64,000 nucleotides of DNA, taken from contig JANRDC010000006.1 of NCBI GenBank assembly GCA_030726725.1, positions 4,171 through 68,170 on the forward strand, read 5' to 3'. Source of the stretch: Flavobacteriaceae bacterium. GTDB taxonomy: Bacteria; Bacteroidota; Bacteroidia; Flavobacteriales; Flavobacteriaceae. Positions 18,530 to 28,259 of this stretch are shown one piece after another. The translations under genes were made by a program, and so were the position numbers. The first letter of the stretch is position 1, and each line of letters starts with the position of its first letter. Below the pieces are notes generated by a model, which searched no databases, was not told the origin of the DNA, and saw only the letters and a list, made by a program, of their open reading frames with translations.

Positions 18530-21400
18530 ATGAAAAAAAGTAGTTCATGGATTATTGCGCTGAGCACAGCCACTCTTTGTTCTGTGTTTGCACAAAAAAC
18601 CAATACACCTGCACCTACAGAGGCGCAAGATTGGCTAAAAGCTAGTCAATACCACCAACAAAAATTGACGCAAAGCCCTTTCTCAGCGGTAGATTTCACC
18701 TCTATCGGGCCGACAGTGATGAGCGGAAGGGTAGTGGATATTGAGGTAAATCCGGATAACCATACGGAGTTTTACGTGGCCTATGCCACCGGCGGTCTTT
18801 GGCATACCCAAGACAACGGAATTTCCTTTACCTCATTGATGGACGATGCCCCTACACAAAACATTGGCGATATCGCCGTGGATTGGACCCAGGGTCACTT
18901 GTGGGTAGGTACCGGAGAAAATAACGCTTCTCGTTCTTCCTATGCGGGGATGGGTATGTTGTTTTCATCCGATCAGGGCAAGACCTGGGTGCACAAAGGG
19001 TTGGAGGCTGTACACCATATAGGACGCGTGGTGCTACATCCGACAGATCCCAATACCTTATGGGTAGCAGCAGCGGGAAGGCTGTATGGGCCTAATCCAG
19101 AACGCGGGGTCTACAAAACCACGGACGGGGGAAAATCGTGGAAACAAGTATTGTATGTTTCTCCCACCGCAGGAGCGATCGATTTAGTGATGGTGCCCAA
19201 TGAGCCCCAGACCTTGTATGCTGCTACTTGGGAAAAAGACCGAAAAGCATGGCATTTTGAAGGAAGCGGAGCGGGTTCTGGCATCTATAAATCCGTGGAC
19301 GGAGGGGAAAAATGGACTTTGGTAACCACGCCAAAAAGCGGGTTTCCCACGGGCGCAGGCGTGGGTCGTATCGGCTTGGCCGCTTATGACAAAGACTTGA
19401 TTTACGCGGTATTGGACAATCAATTTCATCAGGAGAAAAAAGAGCCTTCCGGTCCCAAAAGCGGAGCGTTGACCAAGGATGATTTTAAAACGATGACGGT
19501 GGCTGAGTTTGCCGCGTTGGCCGATGGCAGGCTGAATGAATACCTGAAAGCCAACGGTTTTCAAGAAAAATACCGAGCCCCTAATGTCAAGCAACTCGTG
19601 GCCTCGGGTTCTGTGAAACCGGCTGATTTGGCTTTGTACTTGGAAGATGCCAACGCGATGCTTTTTGACACGCCGGTGATCGGGGCCGAAGTATACGCCT
19701 CGCGCGATGGCGGCAAATCTTGGTCCAAACAAAACAAACAACCTATTGAAGATTTGTTTTACAGTTATGGGTACTACTTTGCACAAATTCGCGTCGCTCC
19801 CTCTGATCCCAACCGCATCGTATTGGCCGGGGTACCTTTGATTCAATCTGTGGACGGTGGTAAAACATATACCGCCATTGACAAAGACAATGTGCACTCT
19901 GACCACCACGCCTTGTGGATCAACCCAAAGAATCCAGATCATATGATCAACGGAAATGACGGGGGCGTGAACATAACTTATGATTCAGGGGCTCATTGGA
20001 TGAAAAACAACACCCCAGCTGTGGGTCAGTTTTACGCGATCAATGTGGATCATCAAACGCCTTACCACGTATATGGCGGCCTTCAAGACAACGGTGTTTG
20101 GTCAGCCCCACACACGACGCGTGTCAATGAGTCCTGGCAGGATTCAGGTGCGTATCCTTGGAAACGAATTTTGGGGGGCGATGGAATGCAGGTAGAGATC
20201 GACCCCAGAAACCCCAATACCGTATTTACGGGCTTTCAATTTGGCAATTATTTTCGGGTTGACCGAACCAAAGGAAAGAATACGCCTATTCAGCCCAAGC
20301 ATACCCTGGGAGAAGCCCCATTTAGATTTAATTGGGAGTCCCCCATACGTCTTTCCAAACACCATCCAGATATTTTGTATTTCGGGTCGAACCACCTCCA
20401 CAGATCATTGGATCAAGGGACCACCTGGGAGACCATCTCAAAAGATTTGACCCAAGGGGGACGCAAAGGCAACGTAGCCTTTGGCACGCTAACGGTCATC
20501 GAAGAATCACCAGCTGCATTCGGTCAGATTTGGACGGGCTCGGACGACGGTTTAGTCTCGTACACCCCTGATGGCGGACACACGTGGTCGTTGAAAAACA
20601 AGGATTTGCCCCAGAACCTTTGGGTGGCTTCCATCGAGGCCTCTGCTCATGATTCAAAAAGGGTGATACTGGCGCTCAACAACTATAGAAACGATGATTT
20701 CACCCCCTATGTCTATGTGTCAGAGGATGCGGGTGCTACCTGGAAATCTTCGATCAAAGGACTCCCGCTGGGTGCAGTCAATGTGGTGATTGAGGATCCT
20801 GAACACCCCCATTTATTATATGCGGGGACAGATGTTGGTGTATTTGCCAGTTTGGATTTAGGTGCTAATTGGCATCCATTGGGCAAAGATCTACCCAAAG
20901 TGGCTGTACACGACTTGGTGGTCCAAGCTGAGGCCCACCATTTAGTGATTGCGACTCATGGACGAAGCGTGTATATCGCGGACATAGCAGATCTTCAAAA
21001 GATGACGCCATCCGTGCAAAAAACCACCTTGTCTTGGCTGGCTACACCAAAAGTGAAACACTCCGCGCGTTGGGGAGCCGCTTGGGGTTCATGGAGCGCG
21101 CCCAACACCCCCAGCCAAACGCTGAGCTTTTTTAGCAAGAATTCGGGTACCGCCAACTTTGAGGTCACGCATTCTAACGGCACCCTGGTCTATGCTCACG
21201 AAGTTTCGCTAAATAAAGGCTTAAACAGACTTGATTTTGGATTGGCATTCTCTGAAAAAGGAGCTGCAGCTTACTTGAAGAAGGTGAAAACGGAGCTCAA
21301 GAAAGCGGCCGATGGACATATCTATTTGCCCAAAGGAAATTACACCTTGACCCTTAAATCTGCAGACGCCCAAATACAAACACCTTGGGCGATAGAGTAA
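18530..21400 (+). CDS. secreted BNR/sortilin (VPS10)-type beta-propeller repeat protein
   Basis: The signal peptide MKKSSSWIIALSTATLCSVFA starts at 18530. The 225-nt upstream extension of the listed ORF overlaps the enoyl-CoA hydratase gene. Repeated S-x-D-x-G-x-T-W motifs (SSDQGKTW, TTDGGKSW, SVDGGEKW, SRDGGKSW, SVDGGKTY, SLDQGTTW, TPDGGHTW, SEDAGATW) indicate BNR/Asp-box propellers. Confidence 0.7.
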   Translation: MKKSSSWIIALSTATLCSVFAQKTNTPAPTEAQDWLKASQYHQQKLTQSPFSAVDFTSIGPTVMSGRVVDIEVNPDNHTEFYVAYATGGLWHTQDNGISFTSLMDDAPTQNIGDIAVDWTQGHLWVGTGENNASRSSYAGMGMLFSSDQGKTWVHKGLEAVHHIGRVVLHPTDPNTLWVAAAGRLYGPNPERGVYKTTDGGKSWKQVLYVSPTAGAIDLVMVPNEPQTLYAATWEKDRKAWHFEGSGAGSGIYKSVDGGEKWTLVTTPKSGFPTGAGVGRIGLAAYDKDLIYAVLDNQFHQEKKEPSGPKSGALTKDDFKTMTVAEFAALADGRLNEYLKANGFQEKYRAPNVKQLVASGSVKPADLALYLEDANAMLFDTPVIGAEVYASRDGGKSWSKQNKQPIEDLFYSYGYYFAQIRVAPSDPNRIVLAGVPLIQSVDGGKTYTAIDKDNVHSDHHALWINPKNPDHMINGNDGGVNITYDSGAHWMKNNTPAVGQFYAINVDHQTPYHVYGGLQDNGVWSAPHTTRVNESWQDSGAYPWKRILGGDGMQVEIDPRNPNTVFTGFQFGNYFRVDRTKGKNTPIQPKHTLGEAPFRFNWESPIRLSKHHPDILYFGSNHLHRSLDQGTTWETISKDLTQGGRKGNVAFGTLTVIEESPAAFGQIWTGSDDGLVSYTPDGGHTWSLKNKDLPQNLWVASIEASAHDSKRVILALNNYRNDDFTPYVYVSEDAGATWKSSIKGLPLGAVNVVIEDPEHPHLLYAGTDVGVFASLDLGANWHPLGKDLPKVAVHDLVVQAEAHHLVIATHGRSVYIADIADLQKMTPSVQKTTLSWLATPKVKHSARWGAAWGSWSAPNTPSQTLSFFSKNSGTANFEVTHSNGTLVYAHEVSLNKGLNRLDFGLAFSEKGAAAYLKKVKTELKKAADGHIYLPKGNYTLTLKSADAQIQTPWAIE

Positions 21401-21421
21401 ATAGTCCGGGTATATACCATA

Positions 21422-21453
21422 AAAAAAGGCAAGCCATTCGGCTTGCCTTTTTT
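21422..21453. terminator. bidirectional intrinsic terminator between the BNR-repeat gene and the M16 operon
   Basis: Stem GGCAAGCC (21428-21435) / GGCTTGCC (21440-21447) with loop ATTC, flanked by an A-run and a T-run. Confidence 0.75.
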
Positions 21454-21470
21454 GTTTGGGCCCAGTGCTC

Positions 21471-23543
21471 CTATTGGAAGGAAGCAGGTGTTAATGCTTC
21501 GTTGAGGTACACTTCTTTTATTTTAAGATCAATAGCTTGTGGGCCTACTTGTTGCTTCAGGGTAAAGGGCATCAAAATTCCTTGGAAAATTTCGTAGTCG
21601 CCAAATTCAATGGCGCTTTCCATCGTTTGGCCTCCTGCATCAACAGCAGTGACCTCTTTTAATTTTAATCCGTTGTCCACAGAGTAGTACGCCCATTTGT
21701 TGGCGCTCAACTTCACCTTGTAGGCTTTTTGTCCGTTTACGTCTTCAACACCTTCCAAGGTGGCTCCGCTCATGCCCAATTCAGGAAAAGGCATGGCTTC
21801 TTGGCGCACTTGAACGATGTCTTTGTCTTGCATGGGGATTTTTTGCCCTTGCATGCTCACGTATCCAGACTCTCCGTTAAATACTTGTTCAGACATTACA
21901 TTGCCCATCAAAGACATTTTTTGTTTGAATTGCTGTCCTTGTGTACGGGTGATTTCCACGTTGATGGTCATGCCTTGAACTGTGCCTTCAGCGAGCAAGC
22001 GCAAAGAGGAAACGCTTTCCAAAAGCGCACGTCCACCCACGGCCTCAATGTAATCTGCAATCACTTGGTCGGCGCTTAAGCCTTCAGGTATCGCTGCGTC
22101 GTAATTCGGTTGTTCCGCTTTTTCTGCCAGTGGGGTGTAATAGTTCACCGTGAGGGGTTGACCTTTAAAAGTCATTTTTTCCAAGGCGGGCAGTACATCC
22201 CTTCCTTTTCCAGCCACGACTACTTGGGCGTTGTCCGCGGTAAAGTATTTGCGCGCAGCAGCTTGTACCTCTTCAGGGGTTACGCTGTTGATGCGGCTGA
22301 GGTAGGTTTTGTAAAAATCCTTAGGCAGACCTTCACTGGCGATGCGGAAGGCGTAATTAGCTACCGTAGCTGGGTTTTCCAAAGCCATCACGAAGTTGCC
22401 CACGTATTCGGCTTTGGCCATAGCCAACTCATCTTGAGAAACTGGTTCTTGAGCCATGCGGTCGATTTCAGACAATAGCTCAACGGCAGCACTATCCGTG
22501 ACAGCGTTGCGCACTGATGCATAAGCGCGGAATCGAGCAGGGGTGTATTTGCTGCTGCCCAAAGAAGAATAAGAACCATAGGTAAAGGCCTTATCCTCGC
22601 GCAGGTTCATAAACAAACGAGCGGAAGCACTTCCCCCCAAAATATTGTTGGCCAATAGGGCGGACAAATAATCAGGACTTTTCATCGGTAGATCTACCAA
22701 GTTTTGAACAGTCACTTCTGACTGGACTGCGTTGGGCATGTCTACAAAATGAATAGCCGTATTGCCTGAAGCCTCAGGTTTTTTCCATGTGGCTGCGGTA
22801 GCGCTGGATTTTTTCCAGTCACCAAATTGTTTGCTGATGGTCTTTTTAGCCGCGGCTACATCGATATCACCGATCACGATCAAGTATCCCTTGTTGGGGA
22901 CAAACTGAGTTTGATAAAAAGAGGTCACATCGGCAAGTGTGTTGTTTTTTACCGTTGTTTCAGTCACAAATTCACCGTTGGGGTGGTCGGTGCCATAAGC
23001 GACAGCGCTTTCTAATCTTCGGGCGATGGCTTTTACATCTTTCTCTTCAGACTTGATCCCGGTGATGATTTTTTCTTGTTCTTTTTCAAACTCTGCTTGG
23101 GTCAACAGCGGGTTTTTTACAGCGTCTGCCATCAATTCAACCAATCGGTCGAAGTATTTTGACAATCCGCTGGCTGAGGCTGAACTGGCGCCAAAATTGA
23201 TGGAGGCCCCCATAAAATCGACTTCTTCGTTAAAAGTATCTTTGGATCGATTGGTGGTTCCATTCCCCATCATGGAACTGAACAAGCTGGATACGCCGGC
23301 TTTATCTCCTTCCAATACGGGAGGGTTGTCCAAAATCAACTGAACAGATACCCGAGGCAGTTTGTGGTTTTCTACCAACATCACTGTCAGTCCATTTTTT
23401 AGCGTAAAAGTCTGTGGGTCTTCGAGTTGAATACTCGGAACAGGTCCTGATTGAGGTTGCTCGCTGCGGTTGATTTGCGCCGTAGCTATTGAAGTGGCCC
23501 CCAATAACAGGAAGGCGAGGGATAAAATAGTTTGCTTTCTCAT
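21471..23543 (-). CDS. M16-family peptidase-like protein, non-catalytic type (no HxxEH)
   Basis: 690-aa ORF with a signal peptide. It is alignable to M16 peptidases but has SLFSSMMGNGT where HxxEH would lie. It sits 6 nt downstream of an active-type M16 gene. Confidence 0.8.
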   Translation of the reverse strand: MRKQTILSLAFLLLGATSIATAQINRSEQPQSGPVPSIQLEDPQTFTLKNGLTVMLVENHKLPRVSVQLILDNPPVLEGDKAGVSSLFSSMMGNGTTNRSKDTFNEEVDFMGASINFGASSASASGLSKYFDRLVELMADAVKNPLLTQAEFEKEQEKIITGIKSEEKDVKAIARRLESAVAYGTDHPNGEFVTETTVKNNTLADVTSFYQTQFVPNKGYLIVIGDIDVAAAKKTISKQFGDWKKSSATAATWKKPEASGNTAIHFVDMPNAVQSEVTVQNLVDLPMKSPDYLSALLANNILGGSASARLFMNLREDKAFTYGSYSSLGSSKYTPARFRAYASVRNAVTDSAAVELLSEIDRMAQEPVSQDELAMAKAEYVGNFVMALENPATVANYAFRIASEGLPKDFYKTYLSRINSVTPEEVQAAARKYFTADNAQVVVAGKGRDVLPALEKMTFKGQPLTVNYYTPLAEKAEQPNYDAAIPEGLSADQVIADYIEAVGGRALLESVSSLRLLAEGTVQGMTINVEITRTQGQQFKQKMSLMGNVMSEQVFNGESGYVSMQGQKIPMQDKDIVQVRQEAMPFPELGMSGATLEGVEDVNGQKAYKVKLSANKWAYYSVDNGLKLKEVTAVDAGGQTMESAIEFGDYEIFQGILMPFTLKQQVGPQAIDLKIKEVYLNEALTPASFQ

Positions 23544-23549
23544 CTTGTC

Positions 23550-24887
23550 TTATTGTTTAGCGGATTGGGGCAAATAGTCGATGACCACACGCTGGTTGGG
23601 TTGTAAATACTGTTGGGCTACTTGTTGAATCTCTTCGCGGGTGATCGAGCGGTAGATGTCGATCTGTTTGTTGATCAGCGAAGTGTCCCCATACAACATA
23701 TAGTAGGTTGCCAATGACCCAGCAATACCCTCTACATTGGAGTTGGCATTGACAAAGTTGTTTTCAAATTTGTTCAATATTTTTTGGTAATCGTTTTCTG
23801 AGATTAAGGTGTTGCGCACCGCAGCGATCTCTTCTTCAATTTCTGTATTCAGGGTTTCCAAAGTGTTCTCTCCCACAGGTAGACCAAAAATTAGGTACAT
23901 CCCGTAGTCTTCTTGGCCGAGGTTAAAGGCGCCGATCTGTAGGGCTTGTTTTTGCTCATCGACCATTTTCTTGTACAATTTAGAGGTCTTTCCATCGCTG
24001 AGGTAGGTGGAGATCATGTCCAACACATAGGCTTCACGGCTGGCAAATCCTGGAGTTCTGTACGCGACAATAGTCGCTGGAATTTGGATGTTGGGGTCGT
24101 AGGCTTTCGCGCGAACCTCTTCGGTAATCGGCTCCTCCACAGGGAAGTCGCGCACTACATTTTGTCCCGTTGGCACCGGTCCAAAATACTGCTCGATCAT
24201 CGATTTTGTTTTGTCGATATCGATGTCACCGGCAACGACCAAAACAGCGTTGTTCGGACCGTAGTATTTTTCCTTGTAAGCGATAAACTCCTCGAGGGTA
24301 GCTGCGTCCAAGTCTTCCATATACCCGATGTTCGGATCCTTGTAAGGGTGAACCTTAAATAGGTTTTCGCCCACCACTTGCAGTATTTGCCCATAAGGGC
24401 TGTTGTCCATACGCAAGCGTTTTTCTTCCTTCACCACCTCGTTTTGGGTGTCTACACCGACTTGGTCGATCACTGGGTGGAGCATGCGCTCAGATTCCAT
24501 CCAAAGCCCGAATTCAAGCTGGTTGGACGGGAACACCTCGTAGTAGTAAGTGCGGTCTTGAGAAGTGTTGGCGTTGTTGTTTCCCCCTCTAGAGGACACC
24601 AATTTCATCCAGGTGCCGCGTTCGATATTCTTGGTGCCTTCAAACAATAGGTGCTCAAAGAAGTGGGCAAATCCTGTTCTTCCCTGAGTTCGGTCTTTGC
24701 CACCGACGTGGTACATCACTGAGGTAGTGACCACAGGAGCTCCGTTGTCTTGGTGCAAGATCACGTGTAATCCGTTGGGCAGGTCGTACTCTTGGTAGCT
24801 TACCTGCTGGGCTTGAGCCGCGGTGATGCCAAAAAATAGGGCACAGGCGGTTAAAATGCGCAATTGCTTCATAGGTTTATGGTTCAA
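23550..24887 (-). CDS. M16-family zinc peptidase (insulinase/pitrilysin type)
   Basis: 445-aa ORF with a signal peptide and the inverted zinc motif HFFEHLLFEG. Confidence 0.85.
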   Translation of the reverse strand: MNHKPMKQLRILTACALFFGITAAQAQQVSYQEYDLPNGLHVILHQDNGAPVVTTSVMYHVGGKDRTQGRTGFAHFFEHLLFEGTKNIERGTWMKLVSSRGGNNNANTSQDRTYYYEVFPSNQLEFGLWMESERMLHPVIDQVGVDTQNEVVKEEKRLRMDNSPYGQILQVVGENLFKVHPYKDPNIGYMEDLDAATLEEFIAYKEKYYGPNNAVLVVAGDIDIDKTKSMIEQYFGPVPTGQNVVRDFPVEEPITEEVRAKAYDPNIQIPATIVAYRTPGFASREAYVLDMISTYLSDGKTSKLYKKMVDEQKQALQIGAFNLGQEDYGMYLIFGLPVGENTLETLNTEIEEEIAAVRNTLISENDYQKILNKFENNFVNANSNVEGIAGSLATYYMLYGDTSLINKQIDIYRSITREEIQQVAQQYLQPNQRVVIDYLPQSAKQ

Positions 24888-24951
24888 GGTTTTATTTACA
24901 ATAACAATAAGGTGTTAAAAATAGGCAAATGTTACCGCTTGGGCATTTGTT

Positions 24952-25830
24952 TTAGATTTTTTTAGGCTTTTTCTGGGTTAAATACACCCCGACCAACACA
25001 ATCAGTCCACCTGCCAGTTGAGCGGGATACAGAGGCTCGTGATCCACCCATGCCCAAAACAATGCGACCAACGGGATGGTATAGGTCACCGAGGCGGCAA
25101 ATACCGGACTCGACAGGCTGATGAGTTTGTTGAACAAAATATTGGCCAAAGCAGTCCCCAAAACAGCCAAGATCAACAAAGAGATCAAGGATTGTTGCAC
25201 CACAGCTTGGCTGAGGTCTGGGGCAAATCCTGTCGACAGAAGCACAATAGCTGCCGGAACCACCACCACCGCAAAACTACCAGCTGTGATGGACATAGGA
25301 CCCAGGTGGGCCAATTTGTTTTTGATGATGTTGATGTTCAGCGCATATCCTACAGAGGAGGCCAAAATAAATCCGACATAAGCATAGTTTTGATCCGCCC
25401 GGAGCGAAGCCCCTGTGGCCAGCAGAAGCCAAGTGCCCAGCAGCCCGATCACCACACCCACTACCTGTTTTTTGCTCATCTGCGCCCCAAAAAAAGCCAA
25501 GGCCACCAAGGTGGTGTTGAGCGGGGTCAACGAATTGAAGATGGCGGTCACCCCAGAGTCTATTTCGCTTTGGGCCAGTGCAAAAAACAAGGGCGGAAAG
25601 AATGAACTCAACAATCCAGCCGCGCTGATCCATGTCCAGTCCCTTTTTGAAATCACTTTTAAAGAGGGCCAACCAATCACCAGCACTGTGGTGGCTGCCA
25701 GCAGGATGCGCAGTGTGCCCACCTGAAGGGGCGTTACCCCTAAAAGCGCTTTTTTGATCAGAATAAAAGAGGATCCCCAGATCAGGGAGAGCGCCCATAA
25801 ATAGGCCCATTTGCTGGTATTGGCTGTCAT
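24952..25830 (-). CDS. EamA/DMT-family transporter
   Basis: 292-aa ORF with about ten hydrophobic segments in two EamA-like halves. Confidence 0.85.
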   Translation of the reverse strand: MTANTSKWAYLWALSLIWGSSFILIKKALLGVTPLQVGTLRILLAATTVLVIGWPSLKVISKRDWTWISAAGLLSSFFPPLFFALAQSEIDSGVTAIFNSLTPLNTTLVALAFFGAQMSKKQVVGVVIGLLGTWLLLATGASLRADQNYAYVGFILASSVGYALNINIIKNKLAHLGPMSITAGSFAVVVVPAAIVLLSTGFAPDLSQAVVQQSLISLLILAVLGTALANILFNKLISLSSPVFAASVTYTIPLVALFWAWVDHEPLYPAQLAGGLIVLVGVYLTQKKPKKI

Positions 25831-25898
25831 AGTGCTGAAAAAGCTAAAGATAGGGTGTTTTTTTGGGCTTGTATGATGCTGGATATAGGAATTTTAGG

Positions 25899-25906
25899 TA
25901 TATTTG
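25899..25906 (+). promoter_or_regulatory. candidate -7 box (TATATTTG) for rplU-rpmA
   Basis: Exact TAnnTTTG match 49 nt upstream of the rplU ATG. No well-spaced -33 TTG was seen. Confidence 0.55.
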
Positions 25907-25954
25907 CACCCGCTTTAAACTGTTTGAAGCGGATAAAAAACAAAAATTAACGCT

Positions 25955-26458
25955 ATGTATGCAATTGTAGAGATAGCAGGGCAGCAATTTAAAGTTGCAA
26001 AAGACCAAAAAGTGTATGTACACCGTTTGGCCGCAGAAGAAGGAGCAAACGTTCAGTTTGACCGCGTTCTTTTGTTGGAAGACGGAAGCAAAATCACTAT
26101 TGGCGCCCCAGCTGTAAGTGGAGCCGCTGTAGAGGCCAAAGTCATCAAACACTGCAAAGGAGATAAAGTCCTTGTGTTTAAAAAGAAAAGACGTAAAGGG
26201 TATAAAGTAAAGAACGGTCACCGTCAGTACTTAACTCAAATCGTTATTGAAAACATTTTGGCTTCAGGTGCAAAACCTGCTGCAGCCAAAACAGCTGCCC
26301 CTAAGGCCGCTGCCCCTAAAGCTGAGGCTCCTGCCGCTGCTGCATCTGCTGATTTAAGCGGAAAAACAGTAGCTGAGTTGAAAGAGTTGGCCAAAGCTGC
26401 AGGTATCGAAGGATACACTTCTATGAAGAAAGCTGAACTAATCGAAGCATTGAGTTAA
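25955..26458 (+). CDS. rplU: 50S ribosomal protein L21 with a C-terminal Ala/Pro/Lys linker and helix-extension-helix tail
   Basis: The N-terminal ~103 aa (MYAIVEIAGQQFKV...GHRQYLTQIVIENI) is canonical L21. It is followed by AAKTAAPKAAAPKAEAPAAAASA and then LSGKTVAELKELAKAAGIEGYTSMKKAELIEALS. Confidence 0.9.
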   Translation: MYAIVEIAGQQFKVAKDQKVYVHRLAAEEGANVQFDRVLLLEDGSKITIGAPAVSGAAVEAKVIKHCKGDKVLVFKKKRRKGYKVKNGHRQYLTQIVIENILASGAKPAAAKTAAPKAAAPKAEAPAAAASADLSGKTVAELKELAKAAGIEGYTSMKKAELIEALS

Positions 26459-26480
26459 ACCGATAAAAACCCATTAGACC

Positions 26481-26741
26481 ATGGCACACAAAAAAGGAGT
26501 CGGTAGTTCCAAGAACGGTAGAGAATCAGAATCAAAACGCCTAGGTGTTAAGATTTTTGGTGGTCAAGCTGCTATCGCTGGGAACATCATCGTAAGACAA
26601 CGCGGAACAAAACACAACCCAGGGGAGCACGTTTACGCTGGGAAAGACCACACCCTACACGCTCGTGTAGACGGATTGGTAAAGTTCCAAAAGAAAGCCA
26701 ACGGAAAATCTTATGTTTCCATTGAGCCTTTCCAAGCATAA
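26481..26741 (+). CDS. rpmA: 50S ribosomal protein L27
   Basis: 86-aa ORF with [24 protein letters not shown]... The canonical rplU-rpmA order supports the call. Confidence 0.97.
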   Translation: MAHKKGVGSSKNGRESESKRLGVKIFGGQAAIAGNIIVRQRGTKHNPGEHVYAGKDHTLHARVDGLVKFQKKANGKSYVSIEPFQA

Positions 26742-26757
26742 TTGACTAGGTCAATCT

Positions 26758-26788
26758 AAAAAGCCCCGCATTGCGGGGCTTTTTTTTT
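26758..26788 (+). terminator. intrinsic terminator after rpmA
   Basis: Stem GCCCCGC (26763-26769) / GCGGGGC (26773-26779), followed by nine T. Confidence 0.85.
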
Positions 26789-26813
26789 GCCGTGACCGGA
26801 GGTGCTGAACTGG

Positions 26814-26846
26814 GTAAAAAAAAGCGGGGGCCAAAGGCCCCCGCTG
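26814..26846 (-). terminator. intrinsic terminator after ahcY
   Basis: Stem GCGGGGGCC (26824-26832) / GGCCCCCGC (26836-26844) with loop AAA. On the minus strand it is followed by eight U (A-run 26816-26823). Confidence 0.8.
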
Positions 26847-26871
26847 GAATATACAGATCAAAGAGCGCCAA

Positions 26872-28188
26872 CTAGTAGCGGTAGTACTCAGGTTTGAACG
26901 GTCCTTGAACCGCCACCCCGATGTAATCAGCCTGGTCTTTTTTGAGTTCAGTAAGTTCTGCGCCTAAACGAGACAAGTGCAATGCAGCTACTTTCTCATC
27001 GAGGTGCTTAGGCAACATATATACTTGGTTCTCGTATTGATCAGCTTTGGTCCACAACTCGATTTGTGCCAATGTTTGGTTGGTAAACGAGTTGCTCATC
27101 ACAAAGCTAGGGTGGCCAGTGGCACAACCTAAGTTGACCAAACGACCTTCGGCCAAAATGATGATGTCTTTTCCATCGATGGTGTATTTATCCACCTGAG
27201 GTTTGATCTCATCTTTGGTGTGTCCGTAGTTTTTGTTGAGCCAAGCCATGTCGATCTCGTTGTCAAAGTGTCCGATGTTGCAGACAATAGCTTTGTCTTT
27301 CAGACCCATAAAGTGCTCTCCGCGAACGATGTCTTTGTTTCCTGTGGTCGTGATCACGATGTCCGCAGTACCCAAAACAGTTTCTAATTTTTTCACTTCA
27401 AAACCGTCCATCAACGCTTGAAGTGCGCAGATTGGATCAATTTCAGTGACGGTGACAATAGATCCAGCTCCTCTAAATGAAGCAGCGGTTCCTTTGCCCA
27501 CGTCTCCGTAGCCACAAACCACTACTTTTTTACCGGCCAACATGGTATCTGTTGCACGTCTTACCGCATCTACAGCAGATTCACGGCATCCGTATTTGTT
27601 GTCAAATTTAGATTTGGTTACCGAGTCGTTTACGTTGATGGCAGGCATGGGCAATGTCCCGTTTTTCACGCGCTCGTACAAACGGTGTACCCCGGTGGTC
27701 GTCTCTTCAGACAAACCTTTGATGGCAGGAGCCAACTCAGGGAAGCGATCCAATACCATATTGGTCAAGTCACCACCATCGTCCAAAATCATGTTGAGCG
27801 GCTGACGGCCTTCTCCAAAAAACAGAGTCTGCTCGATACACCAGTCAAATTCTTCTTCGTTCATTCCTTTCCAAGCGTACACAGAAATACCTGCAGCAGC
27901 GATGGCCGCAGCGGCGTGGTCTTGGGTAGAGAAAATATTGCATGAGCTCCAAGTGACCTCAGCGCCCAAAGCGACTAATGTCTCGATCAACACTGCGGTT
28001 TGTATGGTCATGTGCAAACAGCCTGCAATGCGCGCTCCTTTCAGGGGCTGGCTTGGGCCGAATTCTTCGCGAAGCGCCATCAAGCCAGGCATTTCAGCCT
28101 CAGCGAGTTGGATTTCTTTGCGTCCCCAAGCCGCAAGGCTGAGGTCTTTAACTTTGTAGGGAACAAAGGGCATGATTTGGGTAGACAT
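26872..28188 (-). CDS. ahcY: adenosylhomocysteinase
   Basis: 438-aa ORF with a conserved SAH hydrolase sequence throughout ([49 protein letters not shown]). Confidence 0.97.
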   Translation of the reverse strand: MSTQIMPFVPYKVKDLSLAAWGRKEIQLAEAEMPGLMALREEFGPSQPLKGARIAGCLHMTIQTAVLIETLVALGAEVTWSSCNIFSTQDHAAAAIAAAGISVYAWKGMNEEEFDWCIEQTLFFGEGRQPLNMILDDGGDLTNMVLDRFPELAPAIKGLSEETTTGVHRLYERVKNGTLPMPAINVNDSVTKSKFDNKYGCRESAVDAVRRATDTMLAGKKVVVCGYGDVGKGTAASFRGAGSIVTVTEIDPICALQALMDGFEVKKLETVLGTADIVITTTGNKDIVRGEHFMGLKDKAIVCNIGHFDNEIDMAWLNKNYGHTKDEIKPQVDKYTIDGKDIIILAEGRLVNLGCATGHPSFVMSNSFTNQTLAQIELWTKADQYENQVYMLPKHLDEKVAALHLSRLGAELTELKKDQADYIGVAVQGPFKPEYYRY

Positions 28189-28235
28189 ATCTATATAATT
28201 AATAATTTAGCAGTTGCTCCTGTTTGAGGAGGCGT

Positions 28236-28243
28236 CAAAGGTA
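28236..28243 (-). promoter_or_regulatory. candidate -7 box (TACCTTTG) for ahcY
   Basis: The reverse complement of CAAAGGTA matches TAnnTTTG. It lies 48 nt upstream of the ATG at 28188. Confidence 0.35.
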
Positions 28244-28259
28244 CAAACTCCCCCAACAA

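Noticed and set aside
19184-19942. A 252-aa ORF antisense to the BNR-repeat gene.
   Set aside because: It lies entirely within a well-supported gene on the other strand. The translation is Arg/Gly/Phe-rich low-information sequence with no recognisable motif, which is typical of stop-poor antisense frames.
24888-24951. A possible terminator hairpin (CAAATG...CATTTG) between the EamA gene and the M16 operon.
   Set aside because: The stem is A/T-rich and only 6 bp, with a 12-nt loop and an interrupted U-run. This is too weak to call.
25018-25810. Two long alternative-frame ORFs (195 aa on plus, 177 aa on minus) inside the EamA transporter gene.
   Set aside because: The 292-aa minus-strand frame gives a coherent ten-helix DMT protein. 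The alternatives are His/Gln/Gly/Arg-rich and non-membrane-like.
26270-26350. Repetitive GCT/GCC/CCT/AAA-rich DNA that looks like a short tandem repeat.
   Set aside because: It is in frame within rplU and encodes the Ala/Pro/Lys linker (AAKTAAPKAAAPKAEAP). It is an imperfect coding low-complexity region, not a CRISPR or satellite repeat.
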